From Gemmatimonadales bacterium (lineage in GTDB: Bacteria > Gemmatimonadota > Gemmatimonadetes > Gemmatimonadales > GWC2-71-9): a stretch of 64,000 nucleotides of DNA. The stretch's first letter is position 1. Each line of letters starts with the position of its first letter. The DNA lies in assembly GCA_041615815.1 (NCBI GenBank), contig JBFJCP010000002.1, positions 128,001-192,000 of the forward strand, in the 5' to 3' direction. A program made the translations under genes and the position numbers. The notes beneath the pieces are model-generated. The model was not told where the DNA came from. It made no database searches and worked only from the letters and a program-made list of their open reading frames with translations. Shown here piece by piece: positions 31,245 to 42,034 of this stretch.

Positions 31245-32126
31245 TCAGGCCATCGAATCGTGCGGGCGAGCTCGCAAGCGACCTACGACGACCGTCACGT
31301 TGTCGGTGCCTCCGCGCTCGAGCGCGAGATCGACCAGACGACGGCAAACGGATTCGGCCGAGGTGATGTTCCGTAGTTCAGCCTGGATCTCCGCATCCGA
31401 CACATGCTTCGTCAACCCGTCAGTGCAGAGTAGCAGCACGTCATCCCACCGGGTGTCGGTACTCGCCGTCATGGGCGTAGCCTCGGCTCCACCCAGAGCG
31501 CTCGCCAGCACGTTGCGAAACGGTGATCGCTCCGCGTCTGCGGGATCAAGCGCACCCGCATCGACAAGGGCCTGCGCAATCGTCTGGTCCTTGGACATCA
31601 TCTCGAGCTGTCCGTCGCGTAGTCGGTAACACCGACTGTCCCCCACCTGCACCAGGTACGCTCGAGGCCAGAGTACCGCGACCATCGTGACCGTGGTCGC
31701 GAGGCTTCTCTTGTCCCGTTCATGCTCTCCCTGCGCCACCAGATCACGGTGGGTGTGCCACACTGATCGTTCGAGCTCCTCCAAGAATACCTTTTCTTGT
31801 GCGGGGTCTACGCGACGGTACAACGACATCAGATTCGTGACGTATTCGGCGATAGCCTGGAGGGCCGCCGTACTCGCCTCCTTCCCATGCGAAGCACCGC
31901 CCACCCCATCGGCCACGAGAAACAGATAGCCGCGCGTTTCGGAAACGACCTGAGACAGATCCTTCACCCGGAGACTGGTCTGCCGAACACGAAGCAACTT
32001 GTGCAGACTCGCAATCAGAAAATGGTCCTCGTTCTCTTCCCGGCGCTTGCCGGCGTCCGTGAGGCCAAAGACGTCGATATCGGCCGCGGCGGGCCAGGAA
32101 CGGCGAGGTGGAGTCGAGGAAGACAT
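31245..32126 (-). CDS. PP2C/Stp1 family Ser/Thr protein phosphatase
   Basis: TDAGKRREENED, VADGVGG, VGDSR, LCTDGL, GGTDNVT. Confidence 0.95.
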   Translation of the reverse strand: MSSSTPPRRSWPAAADIDVFGLTDAGKRREENEDHFLIASLHKLLRVRQTSLRVKDLSQVVSETRGYLFLVADGVGGASHGKEASTAALQAIAEYVTNLMSLYRRVDPAQEKVFLEELERSVWHTHRDLVAQGEHERDKRSLATTVTMVAVLWPRAYLVQVGDSRCYRLRDGQLEMMSKDQTIAQALVDAGALDPADAERSPFRNVLASALGGAEATPMTASTDTRWDDVLLLCTDGLTKHVSDAEIQAELRNITSAESVCRRLVDLALERGGTDNVTVVVGRLRARPHDSMA

Positions 32127-32259
32127 CAGCAAGGATGAGGGCTCATGAGTTTGTAAGATGAAGGACCAGGACGGAACCGGCCAGGTCCTTTCCGAGGGCC
32201 TGCTCTTGCTCATGCGTACGACCCGCGCGAGCTTGGATGGTCTTTTGACCAAATACCGA

Positions 32260-33072
32260 ATGATTGCCAACTTCGCGGATCTCTCACCAACCCTCCAGGC
32301 GCTCGTGGCCACTCTCTTCACCTGGGGAGTCACGGCGCTCGGAGCCGCGACCGTCTTCTTCACACGGCGCATCGACGCTCGCATCCTCGCCTCCATGAAT
32401 GGATTCGCGGCGGGGGTGATGCTCGCGGCCAGCTACTGGTCGCTCCTGGCACCGGCCATCGAGATGTCCGCGGCGGGAGGGCTCCCCATCTGGGCACCGC
32501 CGGCGGCCGGCTTGCTCCTCGGGGCCGGCTTCTTGGCCCTGACCGACCGTGTGCTTCCTCACCTGCATCCCGACCTGCCGCCCAGTGCCGCCGAGGGACC
32601 AAGCACGGGGTGGCAGCGGAGCGTGCTGCTCGTCTCCGCCATCACCCTCCACAACATCCCCGAGGGCCTCGCGATCGGGGTGGCCTTTGGGGCCGTCGCC
32701 GCCGGACTCCCTGCCGCAACGCTCAGCGCCGCCGTGGCACTGGCCATCGGCATTGGACTGCAAAACTTCCCCGAAGGGGCCGCCATCTCGCTTCCGCTCC
32801 GGGCGGACGGCCTCTCCCGACGACGAAGCTTCTGGTGGGGACAGCTTTCCGCGGCCGTCGAGCCCGTGGCCGCCGTCCTCGGAGCCGCAGCCGTGCTGAC
32901 GTTCCGGCCTCTCCTACCATACGCGCTCGCGTTCGCCGCCGGCGCCATGATCTTCGTCGTCATCGAAGAACTGATTCCTGCGTCCCAGCGTGCTGGCAAT
33001 ACCGATCTGGCAACGGCGAGCACCTTGTTCGGCTTCACCGTCATGATGGTGCTAGACGTCGCACTCGGCTGA
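32260..33072 (+). CDS. ZIP family metal transporter (GufA/ZupT-like)
   Basis: [34 protein letters not shown]. Confidence 0.95.
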   Translation: MIANFADLSPTLQALVATLFTWGVTALGAATVFFTRRIDARILASMNGFAAGVMLAASYWSLLAPAIEMSAAGGLPIWAPPAAGLLLGAGFLALTDRVLPHLHPDLPPSAAEGPSTGWQRSVLLVSAITLHNIPEGLAIGVAFGAVAAGLPAATLSAAVALAIGIGLQNFPEGAAISLPLRADGLSRRRSFWWGQLSAAVEPVAAVLGAAAVLTFRPLLPYALAFAAGAMIFVVIEELIPASQRAGNTDLATASTLFGFTVMMVLDVALG

Positions 33073-33236
33073 ACTGGACTCACCGCTGGTCCACACCACC
33101 ACTCCGCCGTCTCCACGACTTCGGTCGTGCGTGTTTCATCCGTAATTCACCCTCATATCACGCATGCTAACGCGTCTTTCTAGGAGTTCGCCCACGACGG
33201 CGTTCGCGTCCTCAGGAACGTTCACGAGGGGGCCCT

Positions 33237-33635
33237 ATGCGCCTAGACCATCGGTTCACCGCCATGCTGTTCGTCGGGGCTCTCGTCATCACTCCGGCGA
33301 TCTCGCTACCCGCCCAACAGGGAGAACGACAGCTGCCCAGGATAACGGACGGGCTCATCTACGAGGGCAAGCTGGTATTCCTGGGTACGCCGAGTTGCGT
33401 CACCTGCCACGGCTTGAACGGACGTGGGACCGAGCGAGCGCCCAGGCTCTCAGACAAGAAATGGCTGCACGGAGATGGGAGCTACGCTGCCATCATCGAG
33501 CTGGTAACCCACGGAGTGCCCGAGGACGAAGCCGTCACCGGGCAAGAAATGCCGTTTCGCGGATGGCGAAACAGTGCCACGGACCGCGAGATCCTCGCGG
33601 TGGCCGCATATGTGTGGTCGCTGAGTCACCAATGA
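33237..33635 (+). CDS. monoheme c-type cytochrome
   Basis: Signal peptide, CVTCH, APRLSD..WLHGDG, distal Met in EMP. Confidence 0.9.
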   Translation: MRLDHRFTAMLFVGALVITPAISLPAQQGERQLPRITDGLIYEGKLVFLGTPSCVTCHGLNGRGTERAPRLSDKKWLHGDGSYAAIIELVTHGVPEDEAVTGQEMPFRGWRNSATDREILAVAAYVWSLSHQ

Positions 33636-33757
33636 GGTCGGGGCAGCGGAGGAACCTACGGAGGGTGAGCGTCTGGCCAGGCAAGCCCCACGGAGATGGC
33701 GGCCCGGATTGGCCGGCTCATCTAGCAGGGTCCGGTCCCAACCTCTATCGTTTGCAC

Positions 33758-34186
33758 ATGAATGATCTCGACGGCTCGTTTCGGCGGTTCTTAGAAGACC
33801 TACGATCCGGGACCGAGCGACGCGCCTGGGACGATCGGCGCTCAGACGAGCGCCGTGGGATGCCCACACCGGTGGAACACGATCGCCGAACGCCTGATGA
33901 CCGGCGTGGTGAAGATCGACGGGGCAACGACGATCGCCGGAGCGGAGAGTACTACGCGTTCACCGAGCGGGAGCGGCTGGAGGTCGAGGCCATGTTTGGC
34001 GACCCCGAGGCCCTCGTGGCCTGTCCCCGATGCGGCGGACAGTTGTTGCTCTCCGTACCGGACATCGGAGCGGGAACAGACGTGACATGTCTGGGGTGCC
34101 GCGGCCGGATGCATTGGGTCACGAGCGGTGGGAGCGGGGAACAGGGAGCGGGGGGTGGGGAGCAGCCCAGCGGCTCGACACGCTGA
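33758..34186 (+). CDS. hypothetical protein with (D/E)RR repeats and CxxC..CxxC zinc ribbon
   Basis: ATG 33758 inside track ORF 33164..34186; seven (D/E)RR motifs, CPRC and CLGC. Confidence 0.65.
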   Translation: MNDLDGSFRRFLEDLRSGTERRAWDDRRSDERRGMPTPVEHDRRTPDDRRGEDRRGNDDRRSGEYYAFTERERLEVEAMFGDPEALVACPRCGGQLLLSVPDIGAGTDVTCLGCRGRMHWVTSGGSGEQGAGGGEQPSGSTR

Positions 34187-34417
34187 GGGGCTTGGAGGAG
34201 CAGACCAGCGTTCGGATGGGCTGAGCCACGAGGAGAGCCCCACCTTCCAGACGCTTGGTTCCGAGCGCCTCGTGTATCCGCCCACTTCCGCTTCCAACCA
34301 CGACCGCCCTGCGGAAAGCCGTGGCGCCGACCACCGCCGCGTGTCGCCGTCGTGCTCCCCTCCAATGATTCCGGTGATCTCTCTCCGGAACATCCACTCA
34401 TCACAGCGCACCGTTCA

Positions 34418-35056
34418 GTGATCCGGCCAGCCTTCGACGCCATTGATCACCTCGTGTATGCGACGCCGGATCTCCAATCAACCGTGGCGGACCTCGAGCG
34501 CCGTCTGGGCGTTGGGGCCACCGTCGGGGGTCGGCATCCGCAGTGGGGTACGCACAACGCCATCCTCTCGCTCGGATCGGGGACCTATCTGGAGATTCTC
34601 GCTCCGGATCCGGGGCGATCCGCAACAATCGTTCCGACCATCTTTGGTATCGATGCGCTGGCCGCACCGCGCTTGGTGGCTTGGGCGGCGAAGGCCCAGA
34701 ACCTGGAGGCCCGCGTTGCGGCGGCGGCCCGCCGAGGCGTCCTCCTTGGTGCGATTTCGGAGGCGAGCCGGCAGAAGCCCGATGGCTCGGTGCTCTCTTG
34801 GCGTTTGACCGATCCTACCGTCACGCTCGGCGACGGCTTGGTGCCGTTTCTGATCGACTGGGCGGATTCCCCACATCCAGCCACGTCCGCGCCGCGCGCT
34901 GGAGGGCTGCTCGACCTGCGAGCCGAGCATCCCGATCCCGATCGTGTCCGCTCCATGCTGGAGGCCGTCGGGTTCCTTTTGTCCATCACGCCGAGTCCAG
35001 CACCCGCGCTCATGGCCCAAATCGAGACGCCGGCCGGCGCAGTGGAGCTTCGCTAG
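34418..35056 (+). CDS. VOC family protein (Glyoxalase_3-like)
   Basis: IDHLVY, GGRHPQWGTHN, YLEILAPDP, PFLIDW. Confidence 0.92.
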   Translation: MIRPAFDAIDHLVYATPDLQSTVADLERRLGVGATVGGRHPQWGTHNAILSLGSGTYLEILAPDPGRSATIVPTIFGIDALAAPRLVAWAAKAQNLEARVAAAARRGVLLGAISEASRQKPDGSVLSWRLTDPTVTLGDGLVPFLIDWADSPHPATSAPRAGGLLDLRAEHPDPDRVRSMLEAVGFLLSITPSPAPALMAQIETPAGAVELR

Positions 35057-35114
35057 TGGTGGTGGGATTCAAGATGCGGCGGACCCGATGCTTGTCCGTC
35101 GGGTCAGAGTTCCA

Positions 35115-36365
35115 TCAGGGCGCCACCACGCACATGAGCTGCCCACACAGCCACGCCCCATAGGTGCCAAGCGCGTAGCCCAGGACCGCCAAGAGCACCC
35201 CGACAGGCGCGAGGGTGGGATGAAACGCCGATGCCACGATGGGCGCGGATGCCGCTCCGCCCACATTGGCCTGACTGCCCACCGCTAGGTAGAACACTGG
35301 CGCCTTGATCAATCGGCCCACGACAATCAGCAAGACGGCGTGAAAGCCTATCCAGATTCCGCCAACCGCGAACAACCCCGGCCGCTCCACCACCGCCGTG
35401 ATATCCATATTCATCCCAATGGTGGCGACCAGGAAGTAGAGCATCGCCGAGCCTACGTTGGACGCACCGGCCCCTTCCAACTCTCGCACCCTGGTAAACG
35501 ACAACAGCAATCCGCCCGTGGTGGCAAAGACCACCAGCCAAAAGAATTGACTCGTTAGGCTCAAGCGTTCGAGCTGAGGAAGGCTCTGTTCGATCCATTG
35601 CGAGAGGGGGGTCGCCAACACGTGCGAGAGCCCCATGACGCCGAACCCCACACCAGCGATCATCATCAAGTCACTGAGGCTCGCGATCCTCGCGAACTTC
35701 TCCTGAAATTCGGTGACGCGGTGCCGCAGGTCCTCGAGCGCCGACGTATCCGCTCCGATTCGGGCATCGATCACCTTGGACTCGCCCGCGGCGTAGAGCA
35801 GGATGGCCAGCCACACGTTGGCCCCGAGCACGTCCACGGCCACCATTGTGGAAAACACGTCGTCTCCCACTTCAAAGACCTCTTTCATGGCCACTTGATT
35901 GGCTCCACCCCCGATCCAGCTCCCGGCCACTGTCGTGAGACCTCGCCACACCGCCGCCGGCCCCTCACCACCCACCGTGGATGGACTGATGATGGAGAAG
36001 ATCATGATCGCCAGCGGTCCGCCGAGAATGATCCCGATGGTACCGGTGCCGAACATGATCAACGCCTTCGGGCCCAAGCGGAGGATCCCCTGCATGTCGA
36101 TACTGAGGGTCAGGAGCACGAGCGTTGCCGGCAGGAGATACCGGGACGCCACAAAGTACAGTCGCGACTGCTGGGCATCGATGATGCCAAACGTGTTGTA
36201 GAGCGATGGAACGAAGTAACACAGCAGGAGTGCCGGAACGTACTTATAGAATTTTTGAAGGGCTGGATGCGCGCTCTTGGCGGTGTAGAAGATCAGCCCC
36301 AAGGTGAGCGCGAGAAGCCCGAGGATTGCCGCATCGTTGGTTATCAACGCGCCGGATTGCACCAC
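35115..36365 (-). CDS. DUF819 family membrane protein
   Basis: SRYLLPA, AGSWIGGGANQ, GSQANVGGAASAP. Confidence 0.9.
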   Translation of the reverse strand: MVQSGALITNDAAILGLLALTLGLIFYTAKSAHPALQKFYKYVPALLLCYFVPSLYNTFGIIDAQQSRLYFVASRYLLPATLVLLTLSIDMQGILRLGPKALIMFGTGTIGIILGGPLAIMIFSIISPSTVGGEGPAAVWRGLTTVAGSWIGGGANQVAMKEVFEVGDDVFSTMVAVDVLGANVWLAILLYAAGESKVIDARIGADTSALEDLRHRVTEFQEKFARIASLSDLMMIAGVGFGVMGLSHVLATPLSQWIEQSLPQLERLSLTSQFFWLVVFATTGGLLLSFTRVRELEGAGASNVGSAMLYFLVATIGMNMDITAVVERPGLFAVGGIWIGFHAVLLIVVGRLIKAPVFYLAVGSQANVGGAASAPIVASAFHPTLAPVGVLLAVLGYALGTYGAWLCGQLMCVVAP

Positions 36366-36393
36366 GATTGCTCCCTAACTACCGGAAGATGTG

Positions 36394-37470
36394 TCAAGGC
36401 GACGAATCGCCGTCAACCCACTCCGCGTCGTCCGGGACGGCCAACACGACCTTTCCCAGGTTCCGCCGCTGATGGATGTACGTGTGGGCGGCGACCGCTC
36501 CGTCGCGATCGAGCATAAAGGTACGATCGATGATAGGTCTCAGCTCACCAGCCGTAACCCCACGAAAGATCTCTTCGAGCGCTGGCCGGAGCAGCTGCTC
36601 CTTTGATCCCAGGTGAAGAAGATGGACGCCGAACACACCGATGTTGGGCTCGATGAGCGAGATCGGATGGAAGCGCGGCGTGCGCAACCACGCGCGAGCC
36701 GCGTTCAGCCATTGCCGCTTGCCTTTGGGCATGGCGTCGCTCAGACCGTAGAAAACGAGCCGTCCCAAGGGCGCCAACAGGCGCCGGCACGCCGCCGTCG
36801 CTTGCCCTCCTACGGGATCTAGCGCAACGTCGATCCCTCGGGCGCCCACGAGCTCGCGAACCGGTGTCTCCCACGAGCCTCGTGAATCGAAGCATTGCCG
36901 CGCGCTCAGCTCGTCGATCACGAAAGCCCGCTTGGCCTCGGTCCCAGCCGTCCCGATCACCTGGAGTCCCCGACGGACGGCAAGCTGGACCGCGGCGGTC
37001 CCCACGCCCCCAGCCGCGCCCAAGATCAGTGCCGTCTCGCCACGCCGCGCGTTTCCCGCCTCGAACAGACAAACCCACGCCGTGAGAAAAGCCACTGGGA
37101 TCGCGGCCCCCTGGACGGCGGTCAGGAACTCAGGATACCGGAAGCAGTGCGCTGCCGGAACCACGACGTCCCGGGCGTAGCCGCCGTGACGCATCAGCAC
37201 CACGGCTCGATCTCCATCGTGCCACTCGTGCACCCGCGGTCCCAGCCGAGCGATCTCACCCGCCACCTCGAAGCCAGGACTGTACGGACGCGGCGGCACG
37301 GTCCCGTAGAGCCCTGCCCGCATCATGAGATCGGCGAAGTTGAGCCCGGCCGCCCGCACGCGGATGTGCACCTCTCCTGGACCGGGATCGCGCAGGGGCA
37401 CTTCGCGTTCCACGAGTACGGCCGGTGGACCGAGGCGCTCGATGAGGACGGCGCGCGTCGTGAGGCTCAT
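36394..37470 (-). CDS. MDR superfamily NAD(P)-dependent quinone oxidoreductase-like protein
   Basis: GLNFADL..R.GLY, PGFE, AAGGVG, GKVVL; no catalytic Zn ligands. Confidence 0.92.
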   Translation of the reverse strand: MSLTTRAVLIERLGPPAVLVEREVPLRDPGPGEVHIRVRAAGLNFADLMMRAGLYGTVPPRPYSPGFEVAGEIARLGPRVHEWHDGDRAVVLMRHGGYARDVVVPAAHCFRYPEFLTAVQGAAIPVAFLTAWVCLFEAGNARRGETALILGAAGGVGTAAVQLAVRRGLQVIGTAGTEAKRAFVIDELSARQCFDSRGSWETPVRELVGARGIDVALDPVGGQATAACRRLLAPLGRLVFYGLSDAMPKGKRQWLNAARAWLRTPRFHPISLIEPNIGVFGVHLLHLGSKEQLLRPALEEIFRGVTAGELRPIIDRTFMLDRDGAVAAHTYIHQRRNLGKVVLAVPDDAEWVDGDSSP

Positions 37471-37482
37471 GGGTTCCTTCGT

Positions 37483-38490
37483 TCAGGCGACAGCGCAGAA
37501 GTCCTCGGGTTCACGAAACCCGTGGCTGTGGAGCGTGGCGCGGATCTCGGTTCGCGCTGGAGAGCCGGCCACACCGGCCAGCACATACGCTCCCCGAAAG
37601 CTGGCGATGTCCCCGGGGGGAATCACGGGAACGTCGTGGATGGTCTGACCGATCTTCCGCGGGTCGAGATCCACGAACGCAGCGAGCTCGTGTCCCTGCC
37701 CTTTGAGCTCTCGTGCAAACGCCTTCCCCACCGGACCAGCACCCCACATCACGACTGCCCGTCCATCGATTCTCCGTCCGAGGAAATGGACTTTGCACCG
37801 CCGGAAGGCGGTGGTGCTATACCTGGGGTGCGTACGCGAGAGACGATCGGCGCGTTCCCTCCAGTCGAGAAGCACTTCCGGCACGTTGCCAAACCGATGG
37901 CCAGCAGACCAGAGTCTCAGGAGAAGATCGTAATCCTCCGGCCACCCTAGGTCCCGGTATCCTCCCACCGCCTCAAATGCGTGTCGCCGCACGACAAGAC
38001 TCGGATGTGGGATGGGACACTCGACAAAGAGATCACGTTCGATCTGCTCGGGGGTGGAAAGAGCGTTGATCCAACGCTCATACCGCCGCGCACCGGCCCG
38101 CACCAGTCGGCGGGGAAAGTACCGCACGCGGGTGCCACACGCGACCAGACGAGGATGGGCATCGAGAAACGCGACCTGCCGCTCGAAACGCTGGGGAGGG
38201 ATCAGGTCATCTGCATCCATTCTGGCGAGCAGCCGACCCCGCGCGTGCTTGGCGCCGGCGTCGAGGGCCGCCACGATGCCGTGTGGGTGGGAACGCAGAA
38301 CTCGAAACCGAGCGTCGCGCTCACTCCAGTGGTGCAGGATCGACGGTGTTTCGTCCGTAGATCCGTCATCCACGACGATCACCTCCATGGCCTCAAACGT
38401 CTGAACGGACAACGACTCGAGCGCATCGTGGAGAGTTGCGGCGGCATCTCGACACGGGAGGACAACGGATACGATCGGCGTGCAGATCAA
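37483..38490 (-). CDS. glycosyltransferase family 2
   Basis: VSVVLP, VDDGSTD, RMDADD, EDYDL; C-terminal WGAG Rossmann-like domain. Confidence 0.92.
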   Translation of the reverse strand: MICTPIVSVVLPCRDAAATLHDALESLSVQTFEAMEVIVVDDGSTDETPSILHHWSERDARFRVLRSHPHGIVAALDAGAKHARGRLLARMDADDLIPPQRFERQVAFLDAHPRLVACGTRVRYFPRRLVRAGARRYERWINALSTPEQIERDLFVECPIPHPSLVVRRHAFEAVGGYRDLGWPEDYDLLLRLWSAGHRFGNVPEVLLDWRERADRLSRTHPRYSTTAFRRCKVHFLGRRIDGRAVVMWGAGPVGKAFARELKGQGHELAAFVDLDPRKIGQTIHDVPVIPPGDIASFRGAYVLAGVAGSPARTEIRATLHSHGFREPEDFCAVA

Positions 38491-38640
38491 CAGGGCTCGT
38501 GGGGCGTGAGTTCACGGTTTCGAAACGCAACGTGCGCGTCCGGTTGCCCGATGGCAAGAGGAGATCGGCAACCTCGCCGAGGATCTTCATGTGCCGTATC
38601 TTAGGGCTCGATGACCATCTGATGCGTATCGATCACCACT

Positions 38641-41145
38641 ATGTCCGAAAGGATCTCGCGGATGTCGCGTTTTGGGAACGGAATCTGGTTGTTATGTGCG
38701 GGAGGAGGACTGCTGGGCTGCGGTGGGCAACAAGCATCGGTGGCACCGGAACCGGCGCAAGCCCGAGCCGAGATGGGGCCGTTCAAGCCATATACCCGGG
38801 TCATCACGGGGAGTGCGGTCACGGATCGCGGGCTCTTTTCGGTGCACCGCGTAAACGGCAAAGTGTACTTCGAGCTGCCGGACAGTCTCCTGGGTCGGGA
38901 CATGCTGTTGATCAGCCGCGTGGCGGGCTCACCCAGCAACCTCAGTCCGTTCATCAATGCCGGGAGCAAGGTGGCCGAGCAGGTGGTGCGGTGGGAGCGA
39001 ATCGACGAACGAATCCTCTTGAAGACTGTCTCGTATCAGGCGGATGCGAGCGATACGTTGCCCGTCTACCAGTCGGTGCGCCAGAACAACTTCGCTCCCA
39101 TCATCGCATCCTTCGCGATCGAGACGTTCAACGCAGCCGATGGTGCGCCTGTCATCGCGGTCAACGACCTCTATGAGAAGGATATCCCGGCCATTAGTGG
39201 CCTCTCACGAGCGAACCGCGAGCGGTTCAAGGTCCGAAGTCTCGACGATCAGCGAACGTTCATCAATTACGCGCGATCGTTTCCGTTGAATGTCGATGTG
39301 CGGCATACGACAACCTTCCAAGCCACCGAGCCACCGTCCAACGAGCACACCGGCACTATCTCGCTCGAGATGCATCAATCGATGGTGCTACTTCCCGTTG
39401 TCCCGATGCGAAGACGATACGCCGATCCGCGTGTTGGCTGGATCTCGCTCGAGCAGATCGATTTTGGCCTGGACGTCCAGAAAGCCGCGACGCGGCGGTA
39501 CATCCAGCGCTGGCGTCTCGAGCCTACGGACCCTGCTGCATACGCTCGTGGCGAACTCGTGGAGCCGGTGAAGCCGATCGTCTATTACCTGGATCCGGCC
39601 ACCCCGGCCCGCTGGCGTCCCTACGTCCGCCGGGGAATCGAAGACTGGCAGGTGGCGTTTGAGGCGGCGGGCTTCAAGAACGCGATCGTGGCACGTGACG
39701 CTCCCACGCCTGAGGAGGATCCCGAGTTCAATCCCGAGGACGTTCGGTATTCCACGGTCCGCTGGGTTGCGAGCTTGACCCGGAATGCGCTCGGGCCACG
39801 CGTGGCCGATCCACGGTCCGGGGAGATCCTCGAAAGCGACATCATCTGGTATCACAACCACATGCGGTCCTACCGCAACCGGCTGATGATCGAAACAGGC
39901 GCCGCGAACCCCGAAGCCCGCTCCCTCACACTTCCCGACGCATTACTGGGGGAGGCGATGCGCGCGGTAATTGCTCACGAGGTGGGGCACTCCTTGGGAC
40001 TGCCGCACAACATGATCGCGAGCTCTGCCTACCCCGTGGACTCGCTCCGGTCGCCGAGTTTCACACAGGCCATGGGCGTGGCGCCGACGATCATGGACTA
40101 CGCTCGACAGAACTACATCGCGCAGCCCGGAGACGGGGACATTCGGTTCATACGGAAGATCGGTCCGTACGATCGGTACGCGATCAATTGGGGATACCGC
40201 GTCCTTCCCGAGGCACGTACTCCGGAAGACGAGAAAGCCACACTGGATCGCTGGATCCTGGAGCATGCAGGCGATCCGATCTATCGCTACGGGCGTCAGC
40301 GCGGCGGTCTCCTCGTCGATCCGCGAGCACAGACCGAGGATCTCGGCAACGATCCGGTCGAGGCTTCCACGTACGCCATCGCCAATCTCAAGCGTGTCCT
40401 ACCCAATCTCGTGGTCTGGACGTCCACGGATGGTGAGGACTATGGCGATCTCGACGAGCTGTATAGCGAGCTGTTGGGCCAGTGGAACCGCTACGTAGGA
40501 CATGTGCTCACCGTGGTGGGAGGAATTCACGAAACGCTCAAGACCACCGATCAGGATGGCCCCGTCTACGAGCCCGTGCCCGCCGCCAGACAACGAGAGG
40601 CCGTACAGTTTCTCGTTGCCGAGGTCTTCGAGACACCGGCATGGCTGAACGATGTGAGTCTCCTGCGGCGTATCGAGCACGCGGGTGCGGTGGACCGTAT
40701 CCGGAGCATGCAAGTGCGTCGGCTCGACCAGCTGCTGGATCCTGCCCGCATGCAACGCCTCATCGAGATGGAGACGTTTGACGACGGCGGGAGCTACTCG
40801 CTTCTCGAGTTTTTGGGCGACGTGAAGGACGGGGTCTGGCGGGAGCTCCGGCGCGCCGAGCCCATCGACACCTACCGGCGAAACCTGCAGCGGGGATATC
40901 TCGAGCGCATGGCCTTCCTGATGACGGAGGAAGTCACTACGCCAAGCAGTCCATTTCTGTGGCGTACGCCTGTGGATGTCAGCCAGTCCGACATCCGGGC
41001 ATTCGTGCGGGGTCAACTCACGGAACTACGGCAAGAGGTAGCCCGAGCGGCTGACCGGACATCCCATCGACCCACCCGGTATCACCTACGGGATGCCGTC
41101 GTGAGGATCGATCGGATTCTCGAAGGGGATGAAGGAAATCCGTAA
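38641..41145 (+). CDS. zinc-dependent metalloprotease lipoprotein (EcxA-like, DUF5117/DUF4953 architecture)
   Basis: Lipobox LLGC; DPRSGEI, HEVGHSLGLPHN, Met-turn IMDY. Confidence 0.93.
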   Translation: MSERISRMSRFGNGIWLLCAGGGLLGCGGQQASVAPEPAQARAEMGPFKPYTRVITGSAVTDRGLFSVHRVNGKVYFELPDSLLGRDMLLISRVAGSPSNLSPFINAGSKVAEQVVRWERIDERILLKTVSYQADASDTLPVYQSVRQNNFAPIIASFAIETFNAADGAPVIAVNDLYEKDIPAISGLSRANRERFKVRSLDDQRTFINYARSFPLNVDVRHTTTFQATEPPSNEHTGTISLEMHQSMVLLPVVPMRRRYADPRVGWISLEQIDFGLDVQKAATRRYIQRWRLEPTDPAAYARGELVEPVKPIVYYLDPATPARWRPYVRRGIEDWQVAFEAAGFKNAIVARDAPTPEEDPEFNPEDVRYSTVRWVASLTRNALGPRVADPRSGEILESDIIWYHNHMRSYRNRLMIETGAANPEARSLTLPDALLGEAMRAVIAHEVGHSLGLPHNMIASSAYPVDSLRSPSFTQAMGVAPTIMDYARQNYIAQPGDGDIRFIRKIGPYDRYAINWGYRVLPEARTPEDEKATLDRWILEHAGDPIYRYGRQRGGLLVDPRAQTEDLGNDPVEASTYAIANLKRVLPNLVVWTSTDGEDYGDLDELYSELLGQWNRYVGHVLTVVGGIHETLKTTDQDGPVYEPVPAARQREAVQFLVAEVFETPAWLNDVSLLRRIEHAGAVDRIRSMQVRRLDQLLDPARMQRLIEMETFDDGGSYSLLEFLGDVKDGVWRELRRAEPIDTYRRNLQRGYLERMAFLMTEEVTTPSSPFLWRTPVDVSQSDIRAFVRGQLTELRQEVARAADRTSHRPTRYHLRDAVVRIDRILEGDEGNP

Positions 41146-41213
41146 GAAGAGGTGGAAGTAGCAGGTCGCTCACGCCACCTTCCCGCCTGGGAAGTGGGAG
41201 CGGGGCTGGGGCG

Positions 41214-41606
41214 CTACTGTACCCTGATGAAGAATCCCGAAGTCTGAATGTTGGGCGGGATCCGGACCTCGACGAGATCACCCTGGGCAACGGTGACCTC
41301 CTGTGATCGGAAGACGCCCGGTCCGATGACGAGATCGATCTCGACGCTCAGGCCGCGTGGCTGCCAGGGAATCGCAAGGCCTTCCGTGGTCCGATTGCTC
41401 CCCACCGTCCCCAACGGGTAGCGCGCCCCGCCACGATAGAAGGCATGTACCCGCGCGTCGTACTGTGTTTCGTTGACGATCATGACGAACACACTGTCGG
41501 AGGCCAAGGGGAGGAGGTCTTCATCAGCAGCGGGACCAGCCGCACAAGCGCACAACAGACCGACCGCCGCTCCCAGTATCGGGATGCCTGTCAAGATCGG
41601 CCTCAT
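41214..41606 (-). CDS. hypothetical lipoprotein
   Basis: Lipobox-like LCAC; ATGA overlap with the upstream gene. Confidence 0.7.
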   Translation of the reverse strand: MRPILTGIPILGAAVGLLCACAAGPAADEDLLPLASDSVFVMIVNETQYDARVHAFYRGGARYPLGTVGSNRTTEGLAIPWQPRGLSVEIDLVIGPGVFRSQEVTVAQGDLVEVRIPPNIQTSGFFIRVQ

Positions 41607-42034
41607 GGACTCGCCTCCTGCAGCTCGAACACGATTTCCTGTGTCCCCGCGCTTTGTGAGTCGTCGTCTAGCTGAACGAGCACGCGCGCGGTATGCTGTC
41701 CCGTCCCGTACTGCGCGATGAGATCAGCCGCGTCGCCGATCTGCATCTCGATCAGCGATTCGACAACGCCCTCCCCCGACTCGCTCAAGTGCGGTTGGCC
41801 ATCGATGAACGCCGTGGCCGTAAACGGATGCGAGGGCACGAGCGTCATGGCGAACACAAAGGAGACCTGCTGCCCTGGCTCGGCTGGATTGGGCACGACT
41901 TCCAGGTCCCGAGCGGAGAACAGAAGCTCGGTACATCCACTCAGACCGGGGGCCATGAGGCCACTAGCGAGTAGCAGAGCCGGTAGGAAGCGGCGGATCC
42001 TGACAGGGCGGATGTGGTACATCGTGGTTTCCAT
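41603..42034 (-). CDS. hypothetical lipoprotein (Ig-like beta sandwich)
   Basis: GGAGG RBS before ATG 42034; lipobox LSGC; PNPAEPGQ.V. Confidence 0.7.
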   Translation of the reverse strand: METTMYHIRPVRIRRFLPALLLASGLMAPGLSGCTELLFSARDLEVVPNPAEPGQQVSFVFAMTLVPSHPFTATAFIDGQPHLSESGEGVVESLIEMQIGDAADLIAQYGTGQHTARVLVQLDDDSQSAGTQEIVFELQEASP

